Assembly: GCA_048937405.1 (NCBI GenBank)
Contig: JBHLNF010000010.1
Coordinates: 53,338 to 117,337, forward strand
DNA: 64,000 bases
Origin: Promethearchaeota archaeon
Lineage (GTDB): Archaea > Asgardarchaeota > Lokiarchaeia > Sigyniarchaeales > SOKP01
Direction of reading: 5' to 3'
This document shows positions 1 through 9,560 of the stretch, one piece after another (the first letter of the stretch is position 1; every line of letters starts with the position of its first letter). The notes under the pieces are model-generated. The model made no database searches, was not told the DNA's origin, and saw nothing but the letters and a program-made list of their open reading frames with translations. The translations under genes and the position numbers were made by a program.

Positions 1-639
1 CCGCATTTTAGAAAGTATATAACTAATAAAGTTATCAAAAGCAAGTTCTTCTGGTTTGAAAATTTTATCTTCTAATCCACTTGGTATTGCCGAATATTTG
101 AGTATTCTTTCTTTTATTTTTTCCTCAATAATATTAGGGTTCAATAATCCAGGAATATAACCTTCTGGACGAGCTATCCCTGACTTTGCACTCGCTGCAG
201 TAGCACTCGATCCTGCTGTTTCAATTTTGACTGTGAATGTCTTAAATATCCTGTCAAAAACTCCATTAGTAATATTTATATTTTGTATTCTGCTAAAAGG
301 AATAGTTGCTCGAACTCTATTAAAAACACCGTGTTGAAGAATTATCTCGCTTTCTAATATCTCAAAGAAAAACATCTTTACAAATCGATAATAATACCAG
401 ATTGACAATAATAACAAGACTATAAATGGGACTACAACTGATAATATAAGTATCCATATCTCAAGGATCCATGTCATCTCTTCAAATAGGATTTCAGGCG
501 TAAAAAAGTACATTAAGCAAATTATTAAAATCATCCACCACGCATAAATTGAAAAATAAACTATAATATTCTTAAATATTTCTTTTTTTGCATAGTTAGA
601 CGAGATATTTCCCTTATATGATTGATTTTTATTACTCAT
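1..639 (-). CDS. Membrane protein with bacterial-type PH domain (bPH_2/YdbS-like), 3' end runs off the window
   Basis: Manual translation from ATG 639 (GGAGG upstream): two hydrophobic segments then EIILQHGVFNRVRATIPFSRIQNINITNGVFDRIFKTFTVKIETAGS; open to base 1; not in ORF track. Confidence 0.8.
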   Translation of the reverse strand, partial: MSNKNQSYKGNISSNYAKKEIFKNIIVYFSIYAWWMILIICLMYFFTPEILFEEMTWILEIWILILSVVVPFIVLLLLSIWYYYRFVKMFFFEILESEIILQHGVFNRVRATIPFSRIQNINITNGVFDRIFKTFTVKIETAGSSATAASAKSGIARPEGYIPGLLNPNIIEEKIKERILKYSAIPSGLEDKIFKPEELAFDNFISYILSKMR

Positions 640-1251
640 TTTTTTTCCTCCATTTTATTTTTTATTTTTTATTAATGTAAACTTTAATTACTTGAGGACT
701 TTGATACTATGAATCCTAAAACATCATTTTTAAAAAGAATAATTTCTTATGTAATATTTATTAACATTGATATTTAAATATTTCTATATTGATTAGTAAT
801 TAATGGGTAGAAGGCTTAGTGCTTCATTATTCTTAATGTTGAGTAGACTTTACATTATTATTAATTTTAAAATTTCAACTTAAAATACATTTCTATATGG
901 TTCTATTTATATTTCAATTATTATTGCTTTCAAGGTTTTTTCTCTAAAAGAATCAAATTATATCATTTTTTTTAATATATAACTCAAGCTGTATCTAAAT
1001 TTTTTTCATTAGATTTTGACTTCATATTTAAAGTTTTTGATTTCGAAATTTATTTGTTCAGAAAAAATAGTTAATTTAAAGACCATGTTCATTTTATCTA
1101 AATAATTAGGTTTCAACATCACCTCTTTTATCGTCGCTTTATTTGGTTAAATAAGTGGGAACTGTATGGGTAAAAGTTTAAATATGTGTATGAGATAATA
1201 TACTTAAGAAATTTGAAATATTGAAAAAAGTTTATAAAAAATTAAAAAAGA

Positions 1252-1452
1252 TTGAACAAAAAAATGCGTAATTTTACATGTGGCGTTAAACACAACTTTA
1301 ATACTGGAGTTATAGTTCTAAAGGATGATCGAAAAAATTATATGTGGAATTGTTCCACTTGTGGAATTCAAGAAAAAATGGAAGATAGTGAAGATACTAA
1401 AGATTTTAAGGCAAACAATAAAGTCATAAGTCCACTTTTATCTTATGAATAA
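1252..1452 (+). CDS. Small hypothetical protein, possible Zn ribbon (likely ATG start 1264)
   Basis: CGVKH and CSTCG motifs in a 62-66 aa ORF. Confidence 0.45.
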   Translation: MNKKMRNFTCGVKHNFNTGVIVLKDDRKNYMWNCSTCGIQEKMEDSEDTKDFKANNKVISPLLSYE

Positions 1453-1620
1453 CTATTTTTTATTTACTTGAACTTTCTTAATATTTCTTTTCCATTTCCT
1501 TTATATTTGTTAACGTGAACTTTAAATTAGTAGTGTTAAGAATTTCTAGATAGTTTTTATACTATTGATCTTCTGGAGAATCCAATTTCAGTAGAATTTT
1601 CATTTCTTTTAGGATTTGTC

Positions 1621-1865
1621 TTATATAGATTCATTTTTATAATAATCAAGAACTTTTAATGGGAATCTACTGGATACTGTTGCAGGACCACCCCCCATTT
1701 CAATAGCTACCTCTATTGATTCAATGATTTGATCTCTCTCTGCTCCAGAATTTAATGCTTCTTTTATATGCCATTCCATACAGGATTCACAATTTATAAC
1801 CACAGAAATCCTTATTGTTATTAATTCTTTATATAATTTCTTTAACGCCCCATCTGAATATGTGC
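1621..1865 (-). pseudogene. C-terminal part of a carboxymuconolactone decarboxylase/AhpD-like gene
   Basis: TYSDGALKKLYKELI...NCESCMEWH...EAxxxGA...MGGGP; upstream part of the track ORF 1621..1959 is unrelated hydrophobic sequence. Confidence 0.75.
1791..1865. repeat. 75-bp imperfect direct repeat, copy 1 (copy 2 at 3889-3963)
   Basis: Direct alignment by eye, 65/75 identical. Confidence 0.9.
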
Positions 1866-2116
1866 ATAAATAAAAGTAATTATATATTGAAGAAAAGATA
1901 TTAAAAGGAATATAACAGATAAGATAAATACTAGGACCCAAGATCTCTGGAAAAAGCACGAAAAGAACATAGAAGATGTGAGCATATCGAGCATATTTGA
2001 TAATATCTCAGGTTCTATAAAAGAATTTAACAAAAAATTATATTTAAAATATTTTAAAAAGAAATTAATAAAATTTGTAATCTTTTGATAAAAATTTTAA
2101 CAAAAATTATAAAGTA

Positions 2117-2389
2117 TTAGAAATACAGTAAAACAATAATAAATATAAATTCAAAAAATAAGAAAAAGAAAATACCAATTATCTTTAATTTAATGGGATC
2201 AGGATGAATTTTTCCTATTAAAGATTTTCCCTTTGTTTCAGCAATAATATCATCAATAACTAAAAATAATCCAAAAATAATAAAAATAAAAGAGAAAAAA
2301 ATAGGTTTCCAAAGAAATATCAATACAATACCCTCACCTAAAATGATAATCCCCGATACTAAATGATGTAAATATTTCCAGATGTTCAT
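2117..2389 (-). CDS. Small hypothetical membrane protein (about 3 TM)
   Basis: 90-aa ATG ORF, hydrophobic segments, HH and DD motifs. Confidence 0.65.
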   Translation of the reverse strand: MNIWKYLHHLVSGIIILGEGIVLIFLWKPIFFSFIFIIFGLFLVIDDIIAETKGKSLIGKIHPDPIKLKIIGIFFFLFFEFIFIIVLLYF

Positions 2390-2441
2390 AGAATTCTGTT
2401 TTTTTTTAGTAGTAGTAATAAATAAAAATAATGAATTAAGT

Positions 2442-3554
2442 CTAGACTAAACCAAAGAGAGATAGTATAAAAGGAACTACTGAGGAACCAAGTGTTATTA
2501 AAAACTTCTTAATTGATGTAGGATTAAAAGGCCAATTACTTATATTTAAAATTTCATTGTAAAAATGATGAATTGCTTGGATTTCCATATAGTTAACATT
2601 ATCCTCTGAAAGATTATCTTGAATACTACCAATAATTTTTGCTTTAAGTCCTTCTTTGTGTGTTACTATTGAATTATGTATATGAAGTGTATTTTTATAT
2701 AATAAAAATGCCATTATAACAGATATCGCTAAACCCAATCCAATATAATAGTAACCAATATAACTGGTAGCAGTTCCCCTATATGTGAAAATATAAAATA
2801 AACCAACTATGCTAATAAAAGTGCTGCCAGCTATGACAGGGATATTTATTGACATAATGAATTTTCCAATTTCATTAAAGGCACCAATTTTTAATTCTTT
2901 ATAGGAAACTTTTAGTTGAAATTTTTCGGATCCTAGCTTATTGATACACCTGAAAGTAATTATTATAATTACAATTGCTGAAAAAGCTAAAGTGAAAAGA
3001 ATAAAATATGCTACCGAAACTAAGAAAAGACTTATAATATAGATTATACGAGTTATTCCCTCAACATAGACTTTTTCTCCACCCCATTCACCATATTCAA
3101 AATTTATTAAAAAATTTCCACCAAAAACAAAAAAAAAAGCCCCTATTCCCATGAAGAATGGAACAATAAACTCCCATTTGGATTTAAAAGCGTTTTCAAT
3201 CTCTTTTTTATAATTTTCAAATGTTTTTTCATTCTTGAAAATAGCTTTATTCTCTAATATCAGTCTATGAAAATATTCAGGATTTTTTAAACCAACAAAT
3301 AGAGAAAATATAAAAATTGCTATACAAAGGATGTCTATTACATATCTGTTTGCTCTATACCAAAGATCTATACCCATAATAAAGAAAATTCCGATAAGAC
3401 TAGACACCAAATACAGTATCAGGTAGCTGTATTTAAAAACTGTATCATATTTTAAACGATTTACCCAAACTTTAATATTTAATTCTGAGGTTTTAGATAT
3501 AGGTTGAGCATTAATGATTGGTTCTTCTTTTTGAAATTCTTTAACATATACCAT
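2442..3554 (-). CDS. Hypothetical multi-pass membrane protein
   Basis: 370-aa ORF, about 7 hydrophobic helices, C-terminal WPF motif. Confidence 0.8.
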   Translation of the reverse strand: MVYVKEFQKEEPIINAQPISKTSELNIKVWVNRLKYDTVFKYSYLILYLVSSLIGIFFIMGIDLWYRANRYVIDILCIAIFIFSLFVGLKNPEYFHRLILENKAIFKNEKTFENYKKEIENAFKSKWEFIVPFFMGIGAFFFVFGGNFLINFEYGEWGGEKVYVEGITRIIYIISLFLVSVAYFILFTLAFSAIVIIIITFRCINKLGSEKFQLKVSYKELKIGAFNEIGKFIMSINIPVIAGSTFISIVGLFYIFTYRGTATSYIGYYYIGLGLAISVIMAFLLYKNTLHIHNSIVTHKEGLKAKIIGSIQDNLSEDNVNYMEIQAIHHFYNEILNISNWPFNPTSIKKFLITLGSSVVPFILSLFGLV

Positions 3555-3871
3555 TAAATTCTCACTTCTAATTTTTATCTTCTTATAGATTAACTAGAAA
3601 AATAATTTAAACATTGAATATAATTTATCACTCTATCTATGAAAATACATAATTCTATTCTTATATTTTATATATAAATTTTTTGTTATACAAAATTTAG
3701 TAAAGAGAAAAATTTTTTATATTATTTCTCAAATCTCCAAAGTAAATATGATATAACTTACTTCTAATTCTTGAATTAGAAGACAATCATTAAGTGAATA
3801 CAACTTTTCAATTTTAAAGACACGTCTATTGAATTTTTATAAAATTATAATTGGTTTCTTTTGTTTGATTT

Positions 3872-4081
3872 TTATTGAAACATTTTATAATTTATAATTA
3901 CAGAAATCCCAATTGCAATTAATTCTTTATATAATTTCTTTAGCGATCCGTCTGAATATGTGCTTTCTTCTAATTTAAGGAATGATTTATAAACTTCTGA
4001 TTTTTTATTTAATAAAATATTATGAGCTTTTTTTCTATCTGAGATGATTTTTTCTACTTTTTTTATATCTTCAATGTCCAT
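3872..4081 (-). pseudogene. N-terminal part of a CMD/AhpD-like gene, truncated just before CxxC
   Basis: YKSFLKLEESTYSDGSLKKLYKELIAIGISVIIN then unrelated tail and stop. Confidence 0.75.
3889..3963. repeat. 75-bp imperfect direct repeat, copy 2 (copy 1 at 1791-1865)
   Basis: Direct alignment by eye. Confidence 0.9.
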
Positions 4082-4275
4082 AGTAGGTTATTTACACTTT
4101 ATCTCTTTTTAAATTTTTCTTAAAATTTGGTTTTTCATTTTAATATTTAAAGCTTATATATTGATTCTCTTTCTAAAGATATTTTAGTTCTACAAATCTT
4201 TCAGAACTTAGTATTATTAAAAAAATTAATAAATTATTGATTAGATTTAAAAATTTGTATTCGATTATTTAATTC

Positions 4276-5544
4276 TTATAATAACAACGCCCTAAAAAAT
4301 TTTGGACTTAGCGTTATTTTTGAAAGAGTAGGAAGTTTGGCAAACCATTTTTCTCCAACATATCTATCATTACTGGTGTTATGAGTTGATAGATCATGAT
4401 TGATATATGCTTCATAAATGTATTGTCTTGCTAATTTATTTTCACTAAGGAGTTCTGTATATAACCGCCACAAAGTCTTTACATGAGAACTTTCATTATA
4501 GATCAAGTACTCAAGGGCATTTCCGTTCTTAAAATAAGATAATAAAACCCGTCTGACTTCTTGATCATACTTTTGCAAATCAGAATTGGTAAAGTTGCTA
4601 TCATTTTCCAGTAATGGTATTAAGGTTTTAGTAGCTATATCTGCACAAGCAACTCCTGGTAATAAACCTTCGTAAAAAAAGGCAGTAACTAATCCTGCTG
4701 CTTCACCAAGAACGAGGATGCGATCTTTAGTGAAACTTTTTATAGGGTGTTTTGATATGTCTCCTACAGTAGCAGTGGACATATCATATTTCAATCCATC
4801 CATAATATGTTGAATTGGTTTGTAATTTTTTAAAATTCTATCAAGTTTAGAAAGAATGCTTTCTTTAGTTTCACTCCTAGAACCTAAAAATCCAGTAGAA
4901 ATACGATCCACCCCCTTGTTAAAGAAGAAAGGTCCATCCCGAGAGATTTTTGGATTAATATGAAAAGTATAATTATACTCTAAATTTTCATTGATTTTAT
5001 CCTCATCACCAAATAAATGAAGAAAGGTTCCTGTATAATGATCTGGAACCTCAAATCCTACAGATCGTTGTAAATCAAAACCACGAGAGCCAGTTGCTAA
5101 AGCTAGGATTTTGGTTGCATATGATTCTCCCTTGTTATTAACTAATTTTAAATGGTCATTGTGTCTGTTAATTTTAGAGATTTTCTCATTTGAATGGAAT
5201 TCTCCTCCCTGATCTTCAAATTGATTAATAAGTGCTTCTAAGATGCTTTCAGTATAACAGATATTTCCTAACGGGATTCCAAATTCAGTAGAATCAATAA
5301 CACCATTGAACTCATCACTCATATAATTGGATTTAGTATGAAGACTTGGAAATATTTTTTTATTATTCCAATCAATTTCATCTTTTATAAAAGGTTTATT
5401 ATGTTCAGGAAAGATATTGGTTTTTTTTGGAATTTCTTTACGGTAATCTAGGGCTTCAATCAGAAGTGTGTTAGCGTATTTTGAGATTTTAGAAGCAAAA
5501 GTTGCACCCGCGATTCCTGCACCAATAATAATGACATCATACAT
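4276..5544 (-). CDS. FAD-dependent oxidoreductase, geranylgeranyl reductase-like family
   Basis: N-terminal DVIIIGAGIAG Rossmann motif; LATG; LVLGEAAGLV...EG second FAD motif. Confidence 0.8.
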   Translation of the reverse strand: MYDVIIIGAGIAGATFASKISKYANTLLIEALDYRKEIPKKTNIFPEHNKPFIKDEIDWNNKKIFPSLHTKSNYMSDEFNGVIDSTEFGIPLGNICYTESILEALINQFEDQGGEFHSNEKISKINRHNDHLKLVNNKGESYATKILALATGSRGFDLQRSVGFEVPDHYTGTFLHLFGDEDKINENLEYNYTFHINPKISRDGPFFFNKGVDRISTGFLGSRSETKESILSKLDRILKNYKPIQHIMDGLKYDMSTATVGDISKHPIKSFTKDRILVLGEAAGLVTAFFYEGLLPGVACADIATKTLIPLLENDSNFTNSDLQKYDQEVRRVLLSYFKNGNALEYLIYNESSHVKTLWRLYTELLSENKLARQYIYEAYINHDLSTHNTSNDRYVGEKWFAKLPTLSKITLSPKFFRALLL

Positions 5545-5710
5545 ATATAATCATTCTTCTCAAATGAAGTGAAATTATTTGTTATAATCATTCGATTGAT
5601 TTTAAATTTTAGTTAGAAAGTTTTTATAGGTGTGAATTCGTAAATATAATGAATAAAAATTTTTTATAATTTAAACAAAAAATATTAGAAAAAATTAAAG
5701 GTGGTTAATT

Positions 5711-7411
5711 ATAGGATTAAGATTAGCTTCGGGGCTAGCAATAACTTCTCTATTTGCTTTAATGTATGCAGTTATTTTCGTTATTGGTGTTTGGTTTTTA
5801 CCCTCAACAATATTTGGTTTACTTTTCATGGTAGGACTGACGATTATGATGGTATTATTTCAATATGGAATTTCTCCATTGATTATTGGTTGGCTTTACA
5901 GAATAGATTGGATACCCTATGAGCAATTTGTACGGCAATTTCCACATTTAGTAAACTCTCTTGAAAAAGTGGTAGCATATAATCGAATTAAGATGCCACG
6001 GCTTGGGATAATACATGATCTCAATCCAAATGCATTTACATACGGATGGACTAAAAATTCTGCCAGAGTTGTTCTTACTGATGGTATTTTAAAATACTTA
6101 AACAAAAAAGAGCAGGATGCTGTGTTTTCGCATGAGTTAGGGCATGTGGTTCACTCGGATTTCATTTTAATGACGGTAGTGTTTGCAATTCCGCTACTTT
6201 TACTATCTATCGCTCGATGGGCATATTATGCCAGCTTTTTTTCAAGGGGTAGTTCAAGAGATGATGAGGGTGCTTTACTTGGTATTGCTCTAATCGCTAT
6301 AGCTTTATTATCCTACTTAAGTTATTACATAAGTTATTTTATCTCACTTATAATAAGCAGAATTAGGGAATATTACGCGGATGAACATAGTGCAGAAGTT
6401 TTAGAGAACCCAAACGCGTTAGCAACCGGACTTGTTAAGATAGCTTATGGTTTATTGGTCGACGGTAATATTGAGGAAAGAAAAAAATCCCGCGTACTAG
6501 CACTGAGAGGATTAGGAATTTTTGATCATAGAGCTGCAAAGGGATTGGGTATTATAAGTGTAGGAAAAACAGGAGTTCTTTCAATGGAAGCTATACAAAA
6601 AGCTGCTGCTTGGGATTTATACAATCCTTGGGCGAAATATTTTCAAGCCTTCTCCACTCATCCATTACCTGCAAAAAGAATAATGCGATTAAATATGTTA
6701 TGCGAAATTTATGGTATTAAGCCTGAAATTGACTTTTCTGATGCTAAAAGATTAAAAGAAGAACAAGCAGGAAAATCGTTATGGGATGAATTTCTATGGG
6801 ATATGTTTATAAAAGTTCTCCCTACACTTGTTTTTATTGCTCTACTTGGTTTAACAATAGTATGGATATTTGATCTAGTTTTTGATGGTTTCAATATAGC
6901 TTTTCTGACTCCCTTTTATGCAAACATGTGGCTTGTATGGGCAATTGGTTTTTATATTATAGGTTTCATGACTATAATAAAAACCATATATATGTATAAG
7001 GGAGGTTTTGAAGATAAAACAGTGTTGGACTTAGTTACTAATGTGAAAGTATCACCTATCAGACCAGTACCTGCGTTTTTAGAGGGAAAGATTGTTGGAA
7101 AAGGTATTCCAGGTTACTATTTTAGTGAAGATATGTATTTCCAAGATAGTACTGGTTTACTTTATGTAGATTATAGATTCGGAATTGGTATTGCAGATTT
7201 AATATTTTCCCTTGGAGCTGTTAATCGGTTAGTAGGTCAAAATGTAAGAATTAAAGGTTGGTATAGAAGAGGCCCAAGCCCTTATATTCAAGTAGATACA
7301 ATTTGGTCTGAATCTGGAAAAAGACATAGAAATTATGCGAAACATCTAAGATATATCTGGACAGCTTTAGCATTTATCATTGGTATAGTATGCTTTTATT
7401 TCTGGCTCTAA
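5711..7411 (+). CDS. htpX: M48 zinc metalloprotease, HtpX-like, with C-terminal membrane/OB-like extension (first ATG 5762; probable ATA start 5711)
   Basis: PNAFTYG, HELGH (HExxH), SRIREYYAD, STHP motifs. Confidence 0.88.
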   Translation: MGLRLASGLAITSLFALMYAVIFVIGVWFLPSTIFGLLFMVGLTIMMVLFQYGISPLIIGWLYRIDWIPYEQFVRQFPHLVNSLEKVVAYNRIKMPRLGIIHDLNPNAFTYGWTKNSARVVLTDGILKYLNKKEQDAVFSHELGHVVHSDFILMTVVFAIPLLLLSIARWAYYASFFSRGSSRDDEGALLGIALIAIALLSYLSYYISYFISLIISRIREYYADEHSAEVLENPNALATGLVKIAYGLLVDGNIEERKKSRVLALRGLGIFDHRAAKGLGIISVGKTGVLSMEAIQKAAAWDLYNPWAKYFQAFSTHPLPAKRIMRLNMLCEIYGIKPEIDFSDAKRLKEEQAGKSLWDEFLWDMFIKVLPTLVFIALLGLTIVWIFDLVFDGFNIAFLTPFYANMWLVWAIGFYIIGFMTIIKTIYMYKGGFEDKTVLDLVTNVKVSPIRPVPAFLEGKIVGKGIPGYYFSEDMYFQDSTGLLYVDYRFGIGIADLIFSLGAVNRLVGQNVRIKGWYRRGPSPYIQVDTIWSESGKRHRNYAKHLRYIWTALAFIIGIVCFYFWL

Positions 7412-7554
7412 TCGTAAAATACGTATTAAAAATTTTTTTTATATCAATTTTCTTTTTTTTATTAAATCTTTATCCATATTAGAATTTTAATCTAAAAGGA
7501 TAATTTTCCTTAAAAATCAAAAAAAAATAAAATATTTTAATTCAGAATTTTGCT

Positions 7555-8313
7555 TTATATAATATTGGTTATCTTATTCGCTACTTTTCTTATATTCATT
7601 TCTGCCATTCCCAATGGCACGGTAGTGTCGAAAAGAGCAACAAGAAAGAGTGGTTCTAATTTCCAAGGAATATCTATTATTTTAGAAAATACTTTTTGTC
7701 CATTTTCTAGTCCATAATATTTTTCAGGAAGGTTTAAAGCACCTACCATATAACTAATTTCTAATTCTTTTAAAGAATTTATTAAGATCTCATGAGGTAG
7801 AGATGTATAAATTATATTTCCTTTAGTTGTTAGAAGGGCAACACCGACGAATTCATTATTGTTTAATAATTCTTCAAATAACTCAATTGCTTTTTGATAA
7901 AAAGTTTTACTCATATGGATCTCATCTTCTCCCTTAATTATTGATTTAATTACTTTATCTAGTTTTGGATTCTCAACCTGTTGATAATCTACTATTTCAC
8001 CACTATTAGGATATTCCTTAAGAAAAGTATCAACAATTTTTTCTAGACGTGAACTAACAAATAAAATACTTGCTGTTGAATCAGATAAAAGAGAAAAAAT
8101 TAGATCATTTTTTACTTTAAAAACAAATCTTAATTCCCTCATTTCAAGAATTTCTGGAGTTTTACGAGACATTACATTCTCAGAAAAAGAAAAAATTGCA
8201 GAAAAGAAAGGAGTAATCAAGTTGACTTCAATATGATCAAAATCTTTTGTAAAATTTTTATGAAAGATGCATAATCCAGTTTTCTTGAGAATGAAAAGAG
8301 AATGAATTTTCAT
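7555..8313 (-). CDS. Longin-like N-terminal domain plus roadblock-like C-terminal domain protein
   Basis: IHSLFILKKTGLCIFHKNF...LITPFFSAIFSFS longin pattern; VGVALLTTKGNIIYTSLP...LFLVALFDTTVPLGMAEMNIRKVANKI roadblock pattern. Confidence 0.6.
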   Translation of the reverse strand: MKIHSLFILKKTGLCIFHKNFTKDFDHIEVNLITPFFSAIFSFSENVMSRKTPEILEMRELRFVFKVKNDLIFSLLSDSTASILFVSSRLEKIVDTFLKEYPNSGEIVDYQQVENPKLDKVIKSIIKGEDEIHMSKTFYQKAIELFEELLNNNEFVGVALLTTKGNIIYTSLPHEILINSLKELEISYMVGALNLPEKYYGLENGQKVFSKIIDIPWKLEPLFLVALFDTTVPLGMAEMNIRKVANKITNII

Positions 8314-8773
8314 TATGAGCGTAACCTTAGTATCATATAAGTAAAATTATATAAACACTGTCTTTTAAGTATTTTTAATATAAATTCTATTCAAATTTGT
8401 CCATATGGGCTTTTTCAAGAATTTTTCAATTTGATGCTCAAATTCTTCCTACAAAGCCATTTCTTTAGAAATCTGAATTTTATATCCATAAATCCTTCAA
8501 AAATCTTAATATTTTCAAATATTTTTCTCCATTAATTCTCATATAACTTAAAATTTAAGTTAGAGAATTCTTTTTTCACGATTACAATAATTTGATTCAA
8601 TAATATAGATTAAGTTATATAATTTATTTTAATCTTGAAATTTCGTTCTTATATCGAGTTTCTTTTTTATTTCCTGAAATTTAAATAAAAAAATTTACAT
8701 CTTTAATTTAGGTAAATGGGGATATGACTCTTTAGTGTTCTCAAAAATTCTTTAAAACGATCAAAAAACTATA

Positions 8774-9175
8774 ATGTCTAAGAATGAAATGGAAAAAGTA
8801 ATAATTCAGAAAGCGGAAGTGGTATCAAAACTTCAAAATTTATCTGGAAAGTTACTTGAGATAAATGATAAAGATGATATCTGTGAATTATTAAGAAATT
8901 TCCCTAAGAAAGTTATGATAATTGATTTTTGGGCTAGTTGGTGCGCTCCTTGCAAGGATTATACTCAAATATTTGAAAAGGTATGTCAAGAATATTCAAA
9001 TGATTTTATTTTTATCAAAACTGATGTTGATAAAGCACCAAAGATCATTCAACACTTCAAAATTTCTTCTGTTCCTACAACTCTTTTATTAAAAGGAGAG
9101 GAAATATTACGAAAATTTGTAGGAGTCGTGAATTATGGGACATTAAAACAAATCGTTGAGAGATTTAGAAAATAG
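8774..9175 (+). CDS. Thioredoxin
   Basis: IDFWASWCAPC active site, SVPT cis-Pro motif. Confidence 0.9.
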   Translation: MSKNEMEKVIIQKAEVVSKLQNLSGKLLEINDKDDICELLRNFPKKVMIIDFWASWCAPCKDYTQIFEKVCQEYSNDFIFIKTDVDKAPKIIQHFKISSVPTTLLLKGEEILRKFVGVVNYGTLKQIVERFRK

Positions 9176-9236
9176 TCAAACAGTCTGGTGAATATTTTTG
9201 TTTTTTTAATTTTATATTATGAAATTTTTCTTATTT

Positions 9237-9458
9237 TTATCTCCAAGCAGCGTGTCTTAGTATTGCTTTAAATGGACATGTATCTTGACATACTCCACAT
9301 TCAATGCATTCACCAATCATTTCAGCAACAACTTTTCCATTTATAATTTCATATACGCCAGCAGGGCATACATTTACACAATCTCCAGATCCCATACATC
9401 GATCTATATCTATCTCAACCCAATGATTATCTTCTTCCCACTTCTTAATGTCTGTCAA
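9237..9458 (-). CDS. 4Fe-4S dicluster ferredoxin
   Basis: CMGSGDCVNVCP and CIECGVCQDTCP motifs; TTG start. Confidence 0.9.
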   Translation of the reverse strand: MTDIKKWEEDNHWVEIDIDRCMGSGDCVNVCPAGVYEIINGKVVAEMIGECIECGVCQDTCPFKAILRHAAWR

Positions 9459-9560
9459 AATTGTATATTACATCTGATATTCCTATAATGCAAAAAAATC
9501 AATATTATTTATCATACGAAAAATAAATAATTTCCTAATCTTTTCTAATATGTGATTTAA

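Noticed and set aside
1478-1633. Minus-strand frame MNLYKTNPKE...EDQ-TAG-YKNYLEIL as possible pyrrolysine readthrough
   Set aside because: No recognisable homology and no pyl genes in the window; more likely decayed or chance sequence
1842-2033. 63-aa ORF and N-terminal part of ORF 1621..1959
   Set aside because: Overlapping low-complexity frames without recognisable motifs
5701-5922. 73-aa GTG ORF as a frameshifted htpX N-terminus
   Set aside because: The htpX frame is itself open from 5699, so no frameshift is needed
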